From: Candidatus Poribacteria bacterium
GTDB lineage: Bacteria > Poribacteria > WGA-4E > PCPOR2b
DNA: 64,000 nt
Direction: 5' to 3'
Assembly: GCA_965215015.1 (NCBI GenBank)
Contig: OZ244042.1
Location: 2,528,001 to 2,592,000, forward strand
Below are positions 38,981-48,497 of the stretch, piece by piece (position 1 is the first letter of the stretch; each line of letters starts with the position of its first letter). Under the pieces are notes generated by a model, which saw nothing but the letters and a program-made list of their open reading frames with translations, made no database searches and was not told where the DNA came from. The translations under genes were made by a program, and so were the position numbers.

Positions 38981-39009
38981 TTGACATGGGGGATGCTATG
39001 CAGTATAAT
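38981..39009 (+). promoter_or_regulatory. Consensus sigma70 promoter for argF-thrC
   Basis: TTGACA-17-TATAAT. Confidence 0.8.
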
Positions 39010-39039
39010 CATGGCTTTCAAACCTTTGGGGGACCTATC

Positions 39040-39954
39040 ATGAATCTCGTTTCACTGAAAAACTGGTCTATAGAGGATATCATTGAGGTTGTTGAAGGCA
39101 GCATCGCAATCAAAAACAATCCAGAACAGTATGCGAATGCTACGAGCCAGCGCAGTCTTGCCATGCTTTTCCAGAAGACCTCAACCCGAACTCGCTGTGC
39201 TGGGGAAGTCGGTATGACCCAATTGGGTGGTCACGCAGTTTATCTGGATTGGCGCACCACCAACTTCGCGCTCGCGGATCTACGCGATGAAATCCGTGTG
39301 CTATCGGCTTATTCAGATGTAATCCTCGCACGTTTCCTCAAACATGCAGATGTTGTGCAGGCAGCCGAGAGCGCGACGGTCCCGCTCATCAATGGGTGCT
39401 GCGACCGTTATCACCCAACGCAAGCACTCGGCGACTTAATGACCATACAGGAAAAATTGGGGCGTATCGAAGGAGTCAAACTCACTTATATCGGTGTGCA
39501 CAATAACGTATGCAATTCGTTGATTACCGCCGGGCTAAAGACGGGTATGGAAATAACTGTCGTTGCGCCGGAGATTAATCCCGCAGCTGTCGATGAAGAG
39601 CTCTATGAAGCAGCACGTAAAGCGGGCACTTATAAAGCGTCGAATCAACTGCATCAAGTAATCGCAAACAGCGATGTTGTTTATACAGACACATGGGTCG
39701 ATATGGAGTTTTTCACAGATTCAGCGTTTAAGGAGGAGAAGGAGCGACGCATTGAAATGCTTTCGCCGTATCAGTTGAATGCGGAGTTACTCGCAGGGCA
39801 GGATGTTTTAGTTATGCACTGTCTGCCCGCTCACCGTGGTTATGAGGTTTCCGGTGAAATCGTTGAAGACCCGAGATCAATTATGTTCAACCAATCGGAG
39901 AATCGGCTTCATAGTATGAAGGGGTTAATCCTGAAACTGTTGGAAATACTATGA
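39040..39954 (+). CDS. argF: Ornithine carbamoyltransferase
   Basis: FQKTSTRTR, HPTQ, MHCLPAHRG; start set at ATG 39040 because the promoter lies inside the longer ORF. Confidence 0.88.
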   Translation: MNLVSLKNWSIEDIIEVVEGSIAIKNNPEQYANATSQRSLAMLFQKTSTRTRCAGEVGMTQLGGHAVYLDWRTTNFALADLRDEIRVLSAYSDVILARFLKHADVVQAAESATVPLINGCCDRYHPTQALGDLMTIQEKLGRIEGVKLTYIGVHNNVCNSLITAGLKTGMEITVVAPEINPAAVDEELYEAARKAGTYKASNQLHQVIANSDVVYTDTWVDMEFFTDSAFKEEKERRIEMLSPYQLNAELLAGQDVLVMHCLPAHRGYEVSGEIVEDPRSIMFNQSENRLHSMKGLILKLLEIL

Positions 39955-41102
39955 GTTATTTGACTCACCTCGAATGCAGCCGTTGCGCCCAAACCTACGA
40001 TCCCAACGTCCCGCAGAACTTGTGCACGCAGTGTGGGAAGCCGCTATTTCTACGTTATGCGTTGGACAAGATCGCTCAAACTTGGGATAAATCTTCCCTA
40101 TTATCGGGACGTGATCTATCAATGTGGCGGTATGCTGAACTCTTACCTGTGATTGATTCGCAGCACATTGTTTCCCTCAATGAGTCGATGACGCCGCTCC
40201 TGCGAACACAACAGCTCGCTGCTTTCTTAGGACTTGAGGCTTTATGGGTGAAAGATGAGTCCCGTCTGCCGACCGGGAGCTTTAAGGCGCGCGGGTTGGC
40301 AATGGCAGTTTCTAAAGCCAAAGAGCTTGGATTGAACAAACTTGCAATCCCGTCCGCCGGTAATGCGGCGACTGCACTCTCGTGTTACGCAGCTCAAGCG
40401 GGGATGGAGGCTCATATCTTCATGCCTCAAGATGCTCCTCCGTTTAATCGTAACTCCTGTCAACTGGCTGGTGCCAATGTTACCCTCATTGACGGATTGA
40501 TTACGGATGCGGGAAAAATCGTTGCCGAGCGCAAGGAAGATGAAGGGTGGTTTGACGTTTCAACGCTCAAAGAACCGTATCGCGTTGAAGGAAAAAAGAC
40601 AATGGGGCTTGAGATTGCGGAGCAGTTCGATTGGGAACTTCCTGATGTCATTATCTATCCGACGGGCGGGGGTACAGGGATTGTTGGCATGTGGAAGGTA
40701 TTTCAGGAGTTGGAAACTATCGGGTGGATTGATGAGAAACGTCCGCGTATGGTCTCCGTACAAGCAGCGGGTTGCGCTCCAATCGTTAAAGCGTGGCAGG
40801 AAGGGGCGACCGAAGCTGAACCCTGGACAAACGCACACACAACTGCGGCAGGGTTACGGGTGCCACAAGCTGTGGGTGATTTTCTGATACTTGATGCTAT
40901 CTACCAGAGCGGTGGGGCTGCAATCGCCGTCACTGACGATGAAATACAGGAGGCGATGGGGACTTTGGCGACACATGAGGGGATTTTGGCTTGCCCTGAG
41001 GGTGCGGCAACTGTTGCCGGACTCTGTAAACTGGTAGCAGCTGGAGAAATTCAACCCGGAAACAGGGTAGTATTATTCAACACAGGTGGGTATCAGGTGT
41101 AA
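39951..41102 (+). CDS. thrC: Threonine synthase
   Basis: PTGSFKARG, SAGNA, PYRVEGKKT, PTGGG; ATGA overlap with argF. Confidence 0.88.
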   Translation: MSYLTHLECSRCAQTYDPNVPQNLCTQCGKPLFLRYALDKIAQTWDKSSLLSGRDLSMWRYAELLPVIDSQHIVSLNESMTPLLRTQQLAAFLGLEALWVKDESRLPTGSFKARGLAMAVSKAKELGLNKLAIPSAGNAATALSCYAAQAGMEAHIFMPQDAPPFNRNSCQLAGANVTLIDGLITDAGKIVAERKEDEGWFDVSTLKEPYRVEGKKTMGLEIAEQFDWELPDVIIYPTGGGTGIVGMWKVFQELETIGWIDEKRPRMVSVQAAGCAPIVKAWQEGATEAEPWTNAHTTAAGLRVPQAVGDFLILDAIYQSGGAAIAVTDDEIQEAMGTLATHEGILACPEGAATVAGLCKLVAAGEIQPGNRVVLFNTGGYQV

Positions 41103-41140
41103 ATCCTCCCGTGCCTTTTTGAGAGTGTAAACTTGTAGAT

Positions 41141-41310
41141 AGATTTACGGTGCAACAAGAACAGATTGCCAACCTCATTCGCCCCAACGGTGCAGGAAAA
41201 ACGACACTTTTTAACTACGTCACAGGGCTGGAACGTCTAACCGAAGGAAGCGTCAAGTTTCAAAATTGAAGCATTGTTAGTCTGCGTCCGGATCGAAGAA
41301 CATTGCGTCA
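41141..41310 (+). pseudogene. Fragment of LivG-like ABC ATPase
   Basis: FTVQQEQIANLIRPNGAGKTTLFNYVTG...GSVKFQN*SIVSLRPD. Confidence 0.7.
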
Positions 41311-41381
41311 CCTTTCCTGATGTTGGGTTTAAACGTTCAGCTGTGTAAGTCCTATCCTATAATCAAATTATTGTTCGTATT

Positions 41382-41490
41382 TTGACGTACTCCCACCCCT
41401 AAAGGATTGGGATTATTAGCAGCTTGAAGACGTACACCTAACAAGCGTCCCCTTCCTATAAGCGTCGAATGGTGGTATCAACGACCCTTG
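41382..41490 (-). mobile_element. IS200/IS605 right-end remnant
   Basis: Minus strand AATCCCAATCCTTTAGGGGTGGGAGTACGTCAA: subterminal hairpin then TCAA; no tnpA/tnpB ORF. Confidence 0.6.
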
Positions 41491-41833
41491 CGAAGAGATT
41501 TACAACCTTTGAAACTTTCTAATCTTATTCACTTTTGTCTTCCTCCATTGTTTAGCTACTACAATGACGCAATATGTGTCAATCATATCGCAAGAAAAGC
41601 GTGGTATTCTACACTGAAAATACCGCTTGATAGGTGTGGTTTTCGTATATTATCATTTCCGATAATTGTACCCGACATCATAACGCAAGTTGCTACCTAT
41701 TAGAAAAGCATCGGTTTTTCGTTAAAGTTGATGCGTTTTATCTTTCGCCTCAGCTGCTCTGAATCCCAATCTTATCGGGGAAGAGTGCAAGGTGTATGGA
41801 AATAGCTATTGCCTCGCCAGGGCTTTGCAGGTT

Positions 41834-42805
41834 TCAAACATCTTTATTCTCAAGCCGTGTCCAACCCCGTCCGGGATGGTATGCTCCCGCTCCCTGATAA
41901 CGCTCTCGAATTTTACGGAATTCTTCGGGGTTGCGAACCTCCTGTTCTGGGTGTTTGGGGTTACGCAAAACAAAATCGGCTTCTGGCGGGTAACATGCCA
42001 TCGTAACGGTTTCTCGCTCCGGCGTATAGGATTCAGGACCTTCGTCTACGTTGTTTGGAGCTTCGGCACTTTGATAGCGCAGGTCTACACTCCAGCGCAC
42101 CTGTTCGCCGTGATTTTCAAACGAAGCGTGTGGTGTTAGATTGGTCATGAACAGCACATCCCCTGCCTTCATTTCCATCGGAATGGGGCCCGTGTCTGGA
42201 AATTCATCCGTAGGTATTTCGAGGTATCCGCCATGCCCTCCAGTATAATGTTGAAAAACTCCTCGCCGATGCACCTTTGGCATCACGTAGAGACAACCGT
42301 TATTCCGGTTTGAATCAACTAGAGGAATCCAGCAAGTGACAAGAAGATGCTTATCACAGTGGGGGAGGAAATAACCGGAGTCTTGATGCCACGGCACCTC
42401 ACCCCGTTCCCATTCAGGGAGCTTTGGACGGATGCGGTAAGCCGAAGCACCGATAATGGTGGGACCGATAAGGCTTTCGATACAAGACAGTAAGGGTGGG
42501 TGGGTGAGCATACCGAACATTGATGCGCCGCTAAAACCGCCGCCGCCTGATCCCATGACACCTCTGGTAATTTCTATCGCAGCGTCGAGGTTAGATTTTC
42601 TGATACGTCCCAGACGGTTACCGAACGGTTCGTTGGCATAAATGTCTTCCAACATACCCTCAGATTGCAAGCGTTTGGCCTCTGCATCGACAATTTCGCT
42701 AAGCGCGTCTTGGATTGGCTGTAGAGCGTCCGCCGAAAAGACAGTGGGCTTCACTACATACCCTTCCTCATTAAACTGTTGCAGTTCCGTGTTGGTGAGG
42801 CTCAT
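41834..42805 (-). CDS. Phytanoyl-CoA dioxygenase (PhyH) family Fe/2OG enzyme
   Basis: PWHQD, NGCL, TPHAS, RWSVDLRY. Confidence 0.92.
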   Translation of the reverse strand: MSLTNTELQQFNEEGYVVKPTVFSADALQPIQDALSEIVDAEAKRLQSEGMLEDIYANEPFGNRLGRIRKSNLDAAIEITRGVMGSGGGGFSGASMFGMLTHPPLLSCIESLIGPTIIGASAYRIRPKLPEWERGEVPWHQDSGYFLPHCDKHLLVTCWIPLVDSNRNNGCLYVMPKVHRRGVFQHYTGGHGGYLEIPTDEFPDTGPIPMEMKAGDVLFMTNLTPHASFENHGEQVRWSVDLRYQSAEAPNNVDEGPESYTPERETVTMACYPPEADFVLRNPKHPEQEVRNPEEFRKIRERYQGAGAYHPGRGWTRLENKDV

Positions 42806-42874
42806 CAATATCTCCTCCAAAGTTGATTGAATTTGTTTTTGCAGTTTTCTATAGTTGTTCAAAGATGATGATAG

Positions 42875-44764
42875 GTGGTGATGAATTTGTTTAGTGTACA
42901 AAAATCGAAGCAAAAAAGCAAGCAGGAGAAATATGAACCAAAAAAAACATGGGATGTCATTATCGTGCGGGACGTTATGGTTCCTATGCGGGACGGTGTG
43001 AATCTAGTGGCAGATCTTTACTTTCCTGCGGAAGATGGTCGGCCGCTTACGGGTAAACTTCCCGCTGTTTTACAGCGAACCCCCTATAAGAAGGAAAGCT
43101 ACGAAAATATGGCGAATTTCTTCGCCAAGCACGGTTATCTGTCGGTGGTGCAGGACTGCCGCGGTCGTTTCAAATCCGAGGGTGATTTTTTCCCGTTTCG
43201 AGATGAGCCGCAAGATGGCTACGACACAGTCGTATGGCTCGCAAATCACCCGGCTTGCAACGGGAAGGTGGGTATGTATGGCTGTTCTCACATGGCTTGG
43301 GTTCAGTTTCACGCAGCGACGCAGAATCCACCGGGATTAGCTACAATAATCCCGTATGAGGGGCCTATCAATGCCTATTACTACAGTATGCGTGTGGGTG
43401 GTGCGCTACATTTGGGACTTTTGAAGTGGATTCTTGAAACAGCCATAACCAGCCAAGAGGCACAACAGAACCCCGCTATCGCCGAAGCGGTTTGGACGAT
43501 GAGTTCAGGTCAGAATTTTCTGAATTGGGCTTCTCGAATCCCGTGGAAACGTGGACAGACACCGCTCAGTATTATCCCCAAATATGAAGATGCTGCTTTC
43601 CAGCTTTACTTTGACAACTACGACTATACGAACTTTTGGCGCCAACCCGGTTTTGCGATGGACGAGTATTTTGAATGCTTTCCGGAAATTCCTATCCTAT
43701 GGGTTGTCGGTTGGTATGACTGGTATCCGCGCACTATTATTGATGGATACCAGAAGATGGTGCAGAGACAGCGGGAAAATCAGTATCTCCTCGTCGGCCC
43801 CTGGACACATAACAACTTCAATTCTTCGTGCGGTGATGTCAATTTCGGGAGGGCAGGGAATATTCACACTTACGACGATTTCTTAAACTTGGAGTTGGCA
43901 TGGTTTGATCGTTGGCTCAAGGACGATCAGGCCGCCGCTATCGGAACGCCGGTCAAGGTGTTTACAATGGGAGGTGGGGATGGAGAGCGGGACAGTAATG
44001 AAAGGTTGAAGCACGGCGGAGAGTGGTATTACGACGACATTTGGCCCCCCGAAGACGTCCAACCGACACCATTCTACCTGCACCCCAATGGCACCTTATC
44101 ACAAGATAAGCCAGGTCAGGAGAACGCGTGGACGACTTATACCTATGATCCGCGGAACACGGTTTCCAGCAATGGCCGCTGCATCATCCCCTACGGTCCT
44201 GCAGCTGAAAGCGGTTTCTCCGGGATGGGGCCACGCGACCAGATTGACTTGGAGACCTTGCCGGGACACGGAATTCCGGGTATGCCCATCGCCTCTCGTC
44301 CCGATGTATTGGTCTTCCAGACCCAGCCGCTATCTGAAAAGGTCAGAATCGCCGGAAACATAAAGGTCATCCTGTGGGTATCGTCGGATGCGCCCGACAC
44401 TGATTTTTTCGTGAAGCTGATTGACCTGTATCCTCCGAGCGTTGACTATCCGACAGGTTACGCCTTTCCAGTATCGGAAGGTATTCTCCGTGCGCGTTAT
44501 CGGGAGGGGTGCGAAACATCGAAGTTGATGGAATCAGGGCAGATATATCAGATCGAGATTCCGCTTGAGCCCTCCGCCAATCTGTTTGGGGTGAATCACC
44601 GGATTCGCGTCGATATTTGTAGCAGCAACTTCCCCAACTTTGACATCAATCGTAACACCGGCGATCCGAATGATAGGCGGTGGCGCATCGCTGAAAACAC
44701 TGTTTATCACGAGGAAAATCACGCTTCCCGTATCGTACTGCCCATATCCCCATTTGGTTCTTAA
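42875..44764 (+). CDS. CocE/NonD family serine hydrolase
   Basis: VPMRDGV, RTPY, QDCRGR, GCSH nucleophile elbow, GWYD, GPWTH, SSNFP. Confidence 0.93.
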   Translation: MVMNLFSVQKSKQKSKQEKYEPKKTWDVIIVRDVMVPMRDGVNLVADLYFPAEDGRPLTGKLPAVLQRTPYKKESYENMANFFAKHGYLSVVQDCRGRFKSEGDFFPFRDEPQDGYDTVVWLANHPACNGKVGMYGCSHMAWVQFHAATQNPPGLATIIPYEGPINAYYYSMRVGGALHLGLLKWILETAITSQEAQQNPAIAEAVWTMSSGQNFLNWASRIPWKRGQTPLSIIPKYEDAAFQLYFDNYDYTNFWRQPGFAMDEYFECFPEIPILWVVGWYDWYPRTIIDGYQKMVQRQRENQYLLVGPWTHNNFNSSCGDVNFGRAGNIHTYDDFLNLELAWFDRWLKDDQAAAIGTPVKVFTMGGGDGERDSNERLKHGGEWYYDDIWPPEDVQPTPFYLHPNGTLSQDKPGQENAWTTYTYDPRNTVSSNGRCIIPYGPAAESGFSGMGPRDQIDLETLPGHGIPGMPIASRPDVLVFQTQPLSEKVRIAGNIKVILWVSSDAPDTDFFVKLIDLYPPSVDYPTGYAFPVSEGILRARYREGCETSKLMESGQIYQIEIPLEPSANLFGVNHRIRVDICSSNFPNFDINRNTGDPNDRRWRIAENTVYHEENHASRIVLPISPFGS

Positions 44765-45945
44765 GTTTCCGAACAGAGAATCAGCGCACCTGTGTAGGCG
44801 TGTGCAAAATTTCGATTGCCGATGGGAGCAAACTCGGCATTTCCGAAGAAACCGATAATGGGTAGGTCCGGAAATTTCTCCTTGATAATCTGGATATCGT
44901 GGTTTGCCTCACCGTATAACCCCGCGCCCCTGCCTAAGCAATTAAAGTAAAGTCCGAAAGCCGGTGGATGCGCCTGTGCCCTTTCATGCAGTCGATTCAC
45001 AATGGCCTGAATATCCTCTGCGGCGGCAAAAGGATTACGCAGGTGGAACTGCACGATTTGTCCCGTTTCGATTCTCTCTGCAACTCCGATTGTAGCACTC
45101 TGTGGATCAATACCTGTGATGTTACGAATCAAGTAATCGCCCGGTTTCGGTAACCGATTTGACATATCCATTGCGATACCTACAAAAATCATTCTGCCTG
45201 AGCGCTGTATATCTTCCTTGGTCAGCAGCGCGAGTGATTCTTGCAGTACCTCTACCGCCCCCCTGCCATCCAGTTCAAAAATTAGATTGTCTTCTGCACG
45301 GGTAATTTCAACAGGGTTACCGATAGGTTGGCACCCTTGTGCAACACCAATTTCGGTATGGAAATTCCCTGTCAGCAGCACCCCTGCAACACTCGATTCT
45401 GTAATTTTCGTCCCGCACCATTGGTGCATTTGTCCGCTCATCAGATCCCCGGAGGCAGCCCCTCCAACGATTGGAAGGGCCTCTCCATTCCCGCCAATTT
45501 GTTGGACAAGTTCAGCGGGTTGGACACATCGCACGTCCGGCAAAACGACCAAGAGTGATTTCTCACGCAGTTCCGGTTGTATTTGATTGCGTATCGTTGT
45601 ACCGACAGGCGATGTTCCGTCCTCAGAAACGCAGAAGGAAAGGGCAGATAGCTGATCTGAACGCAGTACAAGGACAGCGACAACGGATTTCCCTTCAAAC
45701 TCGCCCTCCGAAGTGAGGACCCCCATCCCGCTACAACCGATCAGGTGCTCGCAGCCCGATATTTTCTTTACTTCTTTACAGAGCTGCACATATTCACTTT
45801 GATAGTCTACCGTTGCGAAAACAAACGCAAGATCCGCTTTCGCCAATCTTGCCTTGCCCATTGCCCTTGTGGTTGCCTGTTCAGCGGCTTCAGATGCTGA
45901 AGCACTGAAGCTATGCCCAACACCAGCACGTATCATCGATTTCAC
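44761..45945 (-). CDS. FIST_N/FIST_C domain protein
   Basis: LIGCSG, GGAASG, VAQGCQPIG, FNCLGRG, GFFGNAEF. Confidence 0.9.
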   Translation of the reverse strand: MKSMIRAGVGHSFSASASEAAEQATTRAMGKARLAKADLAFVFATVDYQSEYVQLCKEVKKISGCEHLIGCSGMGVLTSEGEFEGKSVVAVLVLRSDQLSALSFCVSEDGTSPVGTTIRNQIQPELREKSLLVVLPDVRCVQPAELVQQIGGNGEALPIVGGAASGDLMSGQMHQWCGTKITESSVAGVLLTGNFHTEIGVAQGCQPIGNPVEITRAEDNLIFELDGRGAVEVLQESLALLTKEDIQRSGRMIFVGIAMDMSNRLPKPGDYLIRNITGIDPQSATIGVAERIETGQIVQFHLRNPFAAAEDIQAIVNRLHERAQAHPPAFGLYFNCLGRGAGLYGEANHDIQIIKEKFPDLPIIGFFGNAEFAPIGNRNFAHAYTGALILCSET

Positions 45946-46042
45946 CTTGCCTTTCTGTAACTCAGAATACTAAGATGTTTTGCTTCCTTTGATTATATCC
46001 CATTATCATCCTTTGCAATTCCAATTGTAGAGTAAATCTCAG

Positions 46043-47293
46043 TTATCCTGCTGTAATGACGAATTCTAGCCGGCGGTGCGCCTCCCGCAGGGAAGCTTCG
46101 ACACTTTCAGGAGTGTTGCCCCTTGCAAAGATAAATCCGAGATAACTCGCGCCTTCCGGCAAAGGGAGGACCTTCTGCCCAATCGGTATGCTGATGGTAA
46201 TCTCCTCGATTCCTGAGACCCGTTCTGCTTCTGTTTTGCCGCGTATTTCCCGCAAAATCCCGGCGCGAGGGATAGGAATCATCATTACGCCCGCGGGCTG
46301 TCGCTCACGCTGCAACGACTCAACTTCCATCCCGATAGCGTGGCGAATGATGAGTTCTTCCAACGAAATATCCGTTCCAAAGCGCAACGTCCGCGCACAA
46401 AGCCCACCAATTGACCGCGCAGCTATCTCGATTATCCATGCGCCATCGCCATTGACTCGCAGCTCCGCGTGGACGGGACCTTCCCGCAAACCGAGCGCGT
46501 CCGCTGTCTGTGCCGTGCAGGATATGATATCTTCTTGAACGCTGACCGGCAACCGGGAGGGGGTGATGTAGAGTGTTTCCTCAAAGAAGGGTCCGTCTAA
46601 CGGATCGGGTTTATCGAAAATAGCGAGCACCTTGAGATAGCCCTGAATTAGGATACCTTCAAGAGCCACCTCTATTCCCGGTATAAAATCTTCAACAAGA
46701 ATTTGCTGTGGTCTGGCATCTTTCCGCACTTTAACGTCAGGTGAGCCTAAAATACTAACAATTCTCTGAAACGCTTTCGCAAACTCCTCCGAATCATTCG
46801 CACGGATGACGCCTCGACTTGCCGAAAGAGAAAGAGGTTTGAGGACACACGGAAAGCCCATGCGCCTCGCGACTTCTGCCGGATCGGTGCTGATTGAAAC
46901 CAGCTCAAAGCGAGGTGAGGGAATGCCCGCCGCTGCAAGCACTTTCCGCATCTGATATTTGCTGCGGGTAGTGCGAGCAGATTCCACAGAATTATGCGGC
47001 AGAGACAACGCCTTCGCCGCCATTGAAACCAGAACTGTTGTGTCGTCATCAACGCCTACAATTGCGTCAATTGGATGGGTTTGGGCCAGTGCAACAATCG
47101 CCTCCGTTGCCTTCTCAGGTTTACTAAAGTTAATGACTAAGGACTTTCGAGGCGAAAACTCAGATAACGTTTGCGGTTGATCCGATCCAATCGCGACCGC
47201 TACACCTAACTGCGATGCAGCTGAGAGAAATGCCTCCGCGCGATATGTTTTGGTAGGCAATAGTAAGAGAATACATTTTTTAGTTGAGTTCAT
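46043..47293 (-). CDS. ATP-grasp ligase
   Basis: KYQMR, VLKP..SASRGV, VEDFIPG, HAELR, EIAAR. Confidence 0.9.
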   Translation of the reverse strand: MNSTKKCILLLLPTKTYRAEAFLSAASQLGVAVAIGSDQPQTLSEFSPRKSLVINFSKPEKATEAIVALAQTHPIDAIVGVDDDTTVLVSMAAKALSLPHNSVESARTTRSKYQMRKVLAAAGIPSPRFELVSISTDPAEVARRMGFPCVLKPLSLSASRGVIRANDSEEFAKAFQRIVSILGSPDVKVRKDARPQQILVEDFIPGIEVALEGILIQGYLKVLAIFDKPDPLDGPFFEETLYITPSRLPVSVQEDIISCTAQTADALGLREGPVHAELRVNGDGAWIIEIAARSIGGLCARTLRFGTDISLEELIIRHAIGMEVESLQRERQPAGVMMIPIPRAGILREIRGKTEAERVSGIEEITISIPIGQKVLPLPEGASYLGFIFARGNTPESVEASLREAHRRLEFVITAG

Positions 47294-47554
47294 GAAATAT
47301 CTTCCAACTGAAAGTGCGTTTAGCAAATTATACAAAACTCGCCAATCTAAGGCAATTAGAAAAAGCAGGCAGAATGCAAATGCAATTGCAATTCCTTATG
47401 TTCTATGTTAAACTATAAAAGTTTTGAAAGAAGTTTAGAGAGTTCTTGAGAAACCACCAATATTGCGTTATCCACCAATGCTGATAAGTTGATAATGGTT
47501 TAGGTGTTGATAAGCACCTAAAACCCATATACCTAATTTTAAGGAGTAAAAAAA

Positions 47555-48385
47555 ATGATGTACCGAAAGTTTTTAGGCATTTTTGCCCTTATCACAACCA
47601 TCAGCATTTTGGCAGGGTGTGCACCAAAGCCGCAGATTGAAATTTATATGGAGCCTATTGCGGGCAGAGAACGAGCCCAAATTGACCCACAGACAGGCTC
47701 TGTCTCTGTGGAACAGCACGGCGTTCAGATTACGCTTGAACCACTCGATGAGGTAGATCTGTTTGAGCTCACGGAAGATGCGCGGATTAATCCGTACATC
47801 GGGATTGACCGTTGGGGCAACGTTGAGCCGCTGTATACCGTTTTCGGTGTTCACATAGAAAACAGAACCAATTCACGGGTCATCATTGATTCGACAGCAA
47901 TTTTAGTCGATCTAAACGGTGAGCAATATGCCGCCCTTCCCTATGATTACTTCAAAGAACTCTACGAGAACGTGAGACCACGAACAGTGGCATTCTACGA
48001 CGCTGGCTATCGATACCGTTATCCTTACCCACGTTCATACTATCGCAGCCCCTACCGTTATTATTACCACCACCCATATAACTATCGCTTAGGCTACCGG
48101 TATCATCGCCGCTCCCCTTACACACCGTATCGGGTGTACGATTACTATCTAGATCCAGATGTGATAAATCATGAACGGTTGGTTGCGCGTGATACCGTGT
48201 TCGATGGCGGTCAGCTTTTCTCAGGGGCGCAGCGTGAGGGACTCTTGGTCTTTGATAGGCTTGACATTGGTACGACGGATGTAAAGGTTATCTTGCCGGA
48301 AGTCCTGATTATCAATGAGGAGAAACAGCGATCAAAATCCGATTTCATTTTTGATTTTCGACAAGTTGTGAACGTAAAAGAATGA
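47555..48385 (+). CDS. Lipoprotein with Tyr/Arg/Pro-rich insert
   Basis: LAGC lipobox; AAGGAG RBS. Confidence 0.85.
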   Translation: MMYRKFLGIFALITTISILAGCAPKPQIEIYMEPIAGRERAQIDPQTGSVSVEQHGVQITLEPLDEVDLFELTEDARINPYIGIDRWGNVEPLYTVFGVHIENRTNSRVIIDSTAILVDLNGEQYAALPYDYFKELYENVRPRTVAFYDAGYRYRYPYPRSYYRSPYRYYYHHPYNYRLGYRYHRRSPYTPYRVYDYYLDPDVINHERLVARDTVFDGGQLFSGAQREGLLVFDRLDIGTTDVKVILPEVLIINEEKQRSKSDFIFDFRQVVNVKE

Positions 48386-48497
48386 AACCTTTGAAAGGTT
48401 ACACAGAGTCACTTAGATTGCCAGCAATGAAATTCCGTTGCTGGCATTTTTCTGTTTTGTAGCAGGGGATAAACCTAAGATAAAGAAAGGAGCAAAT

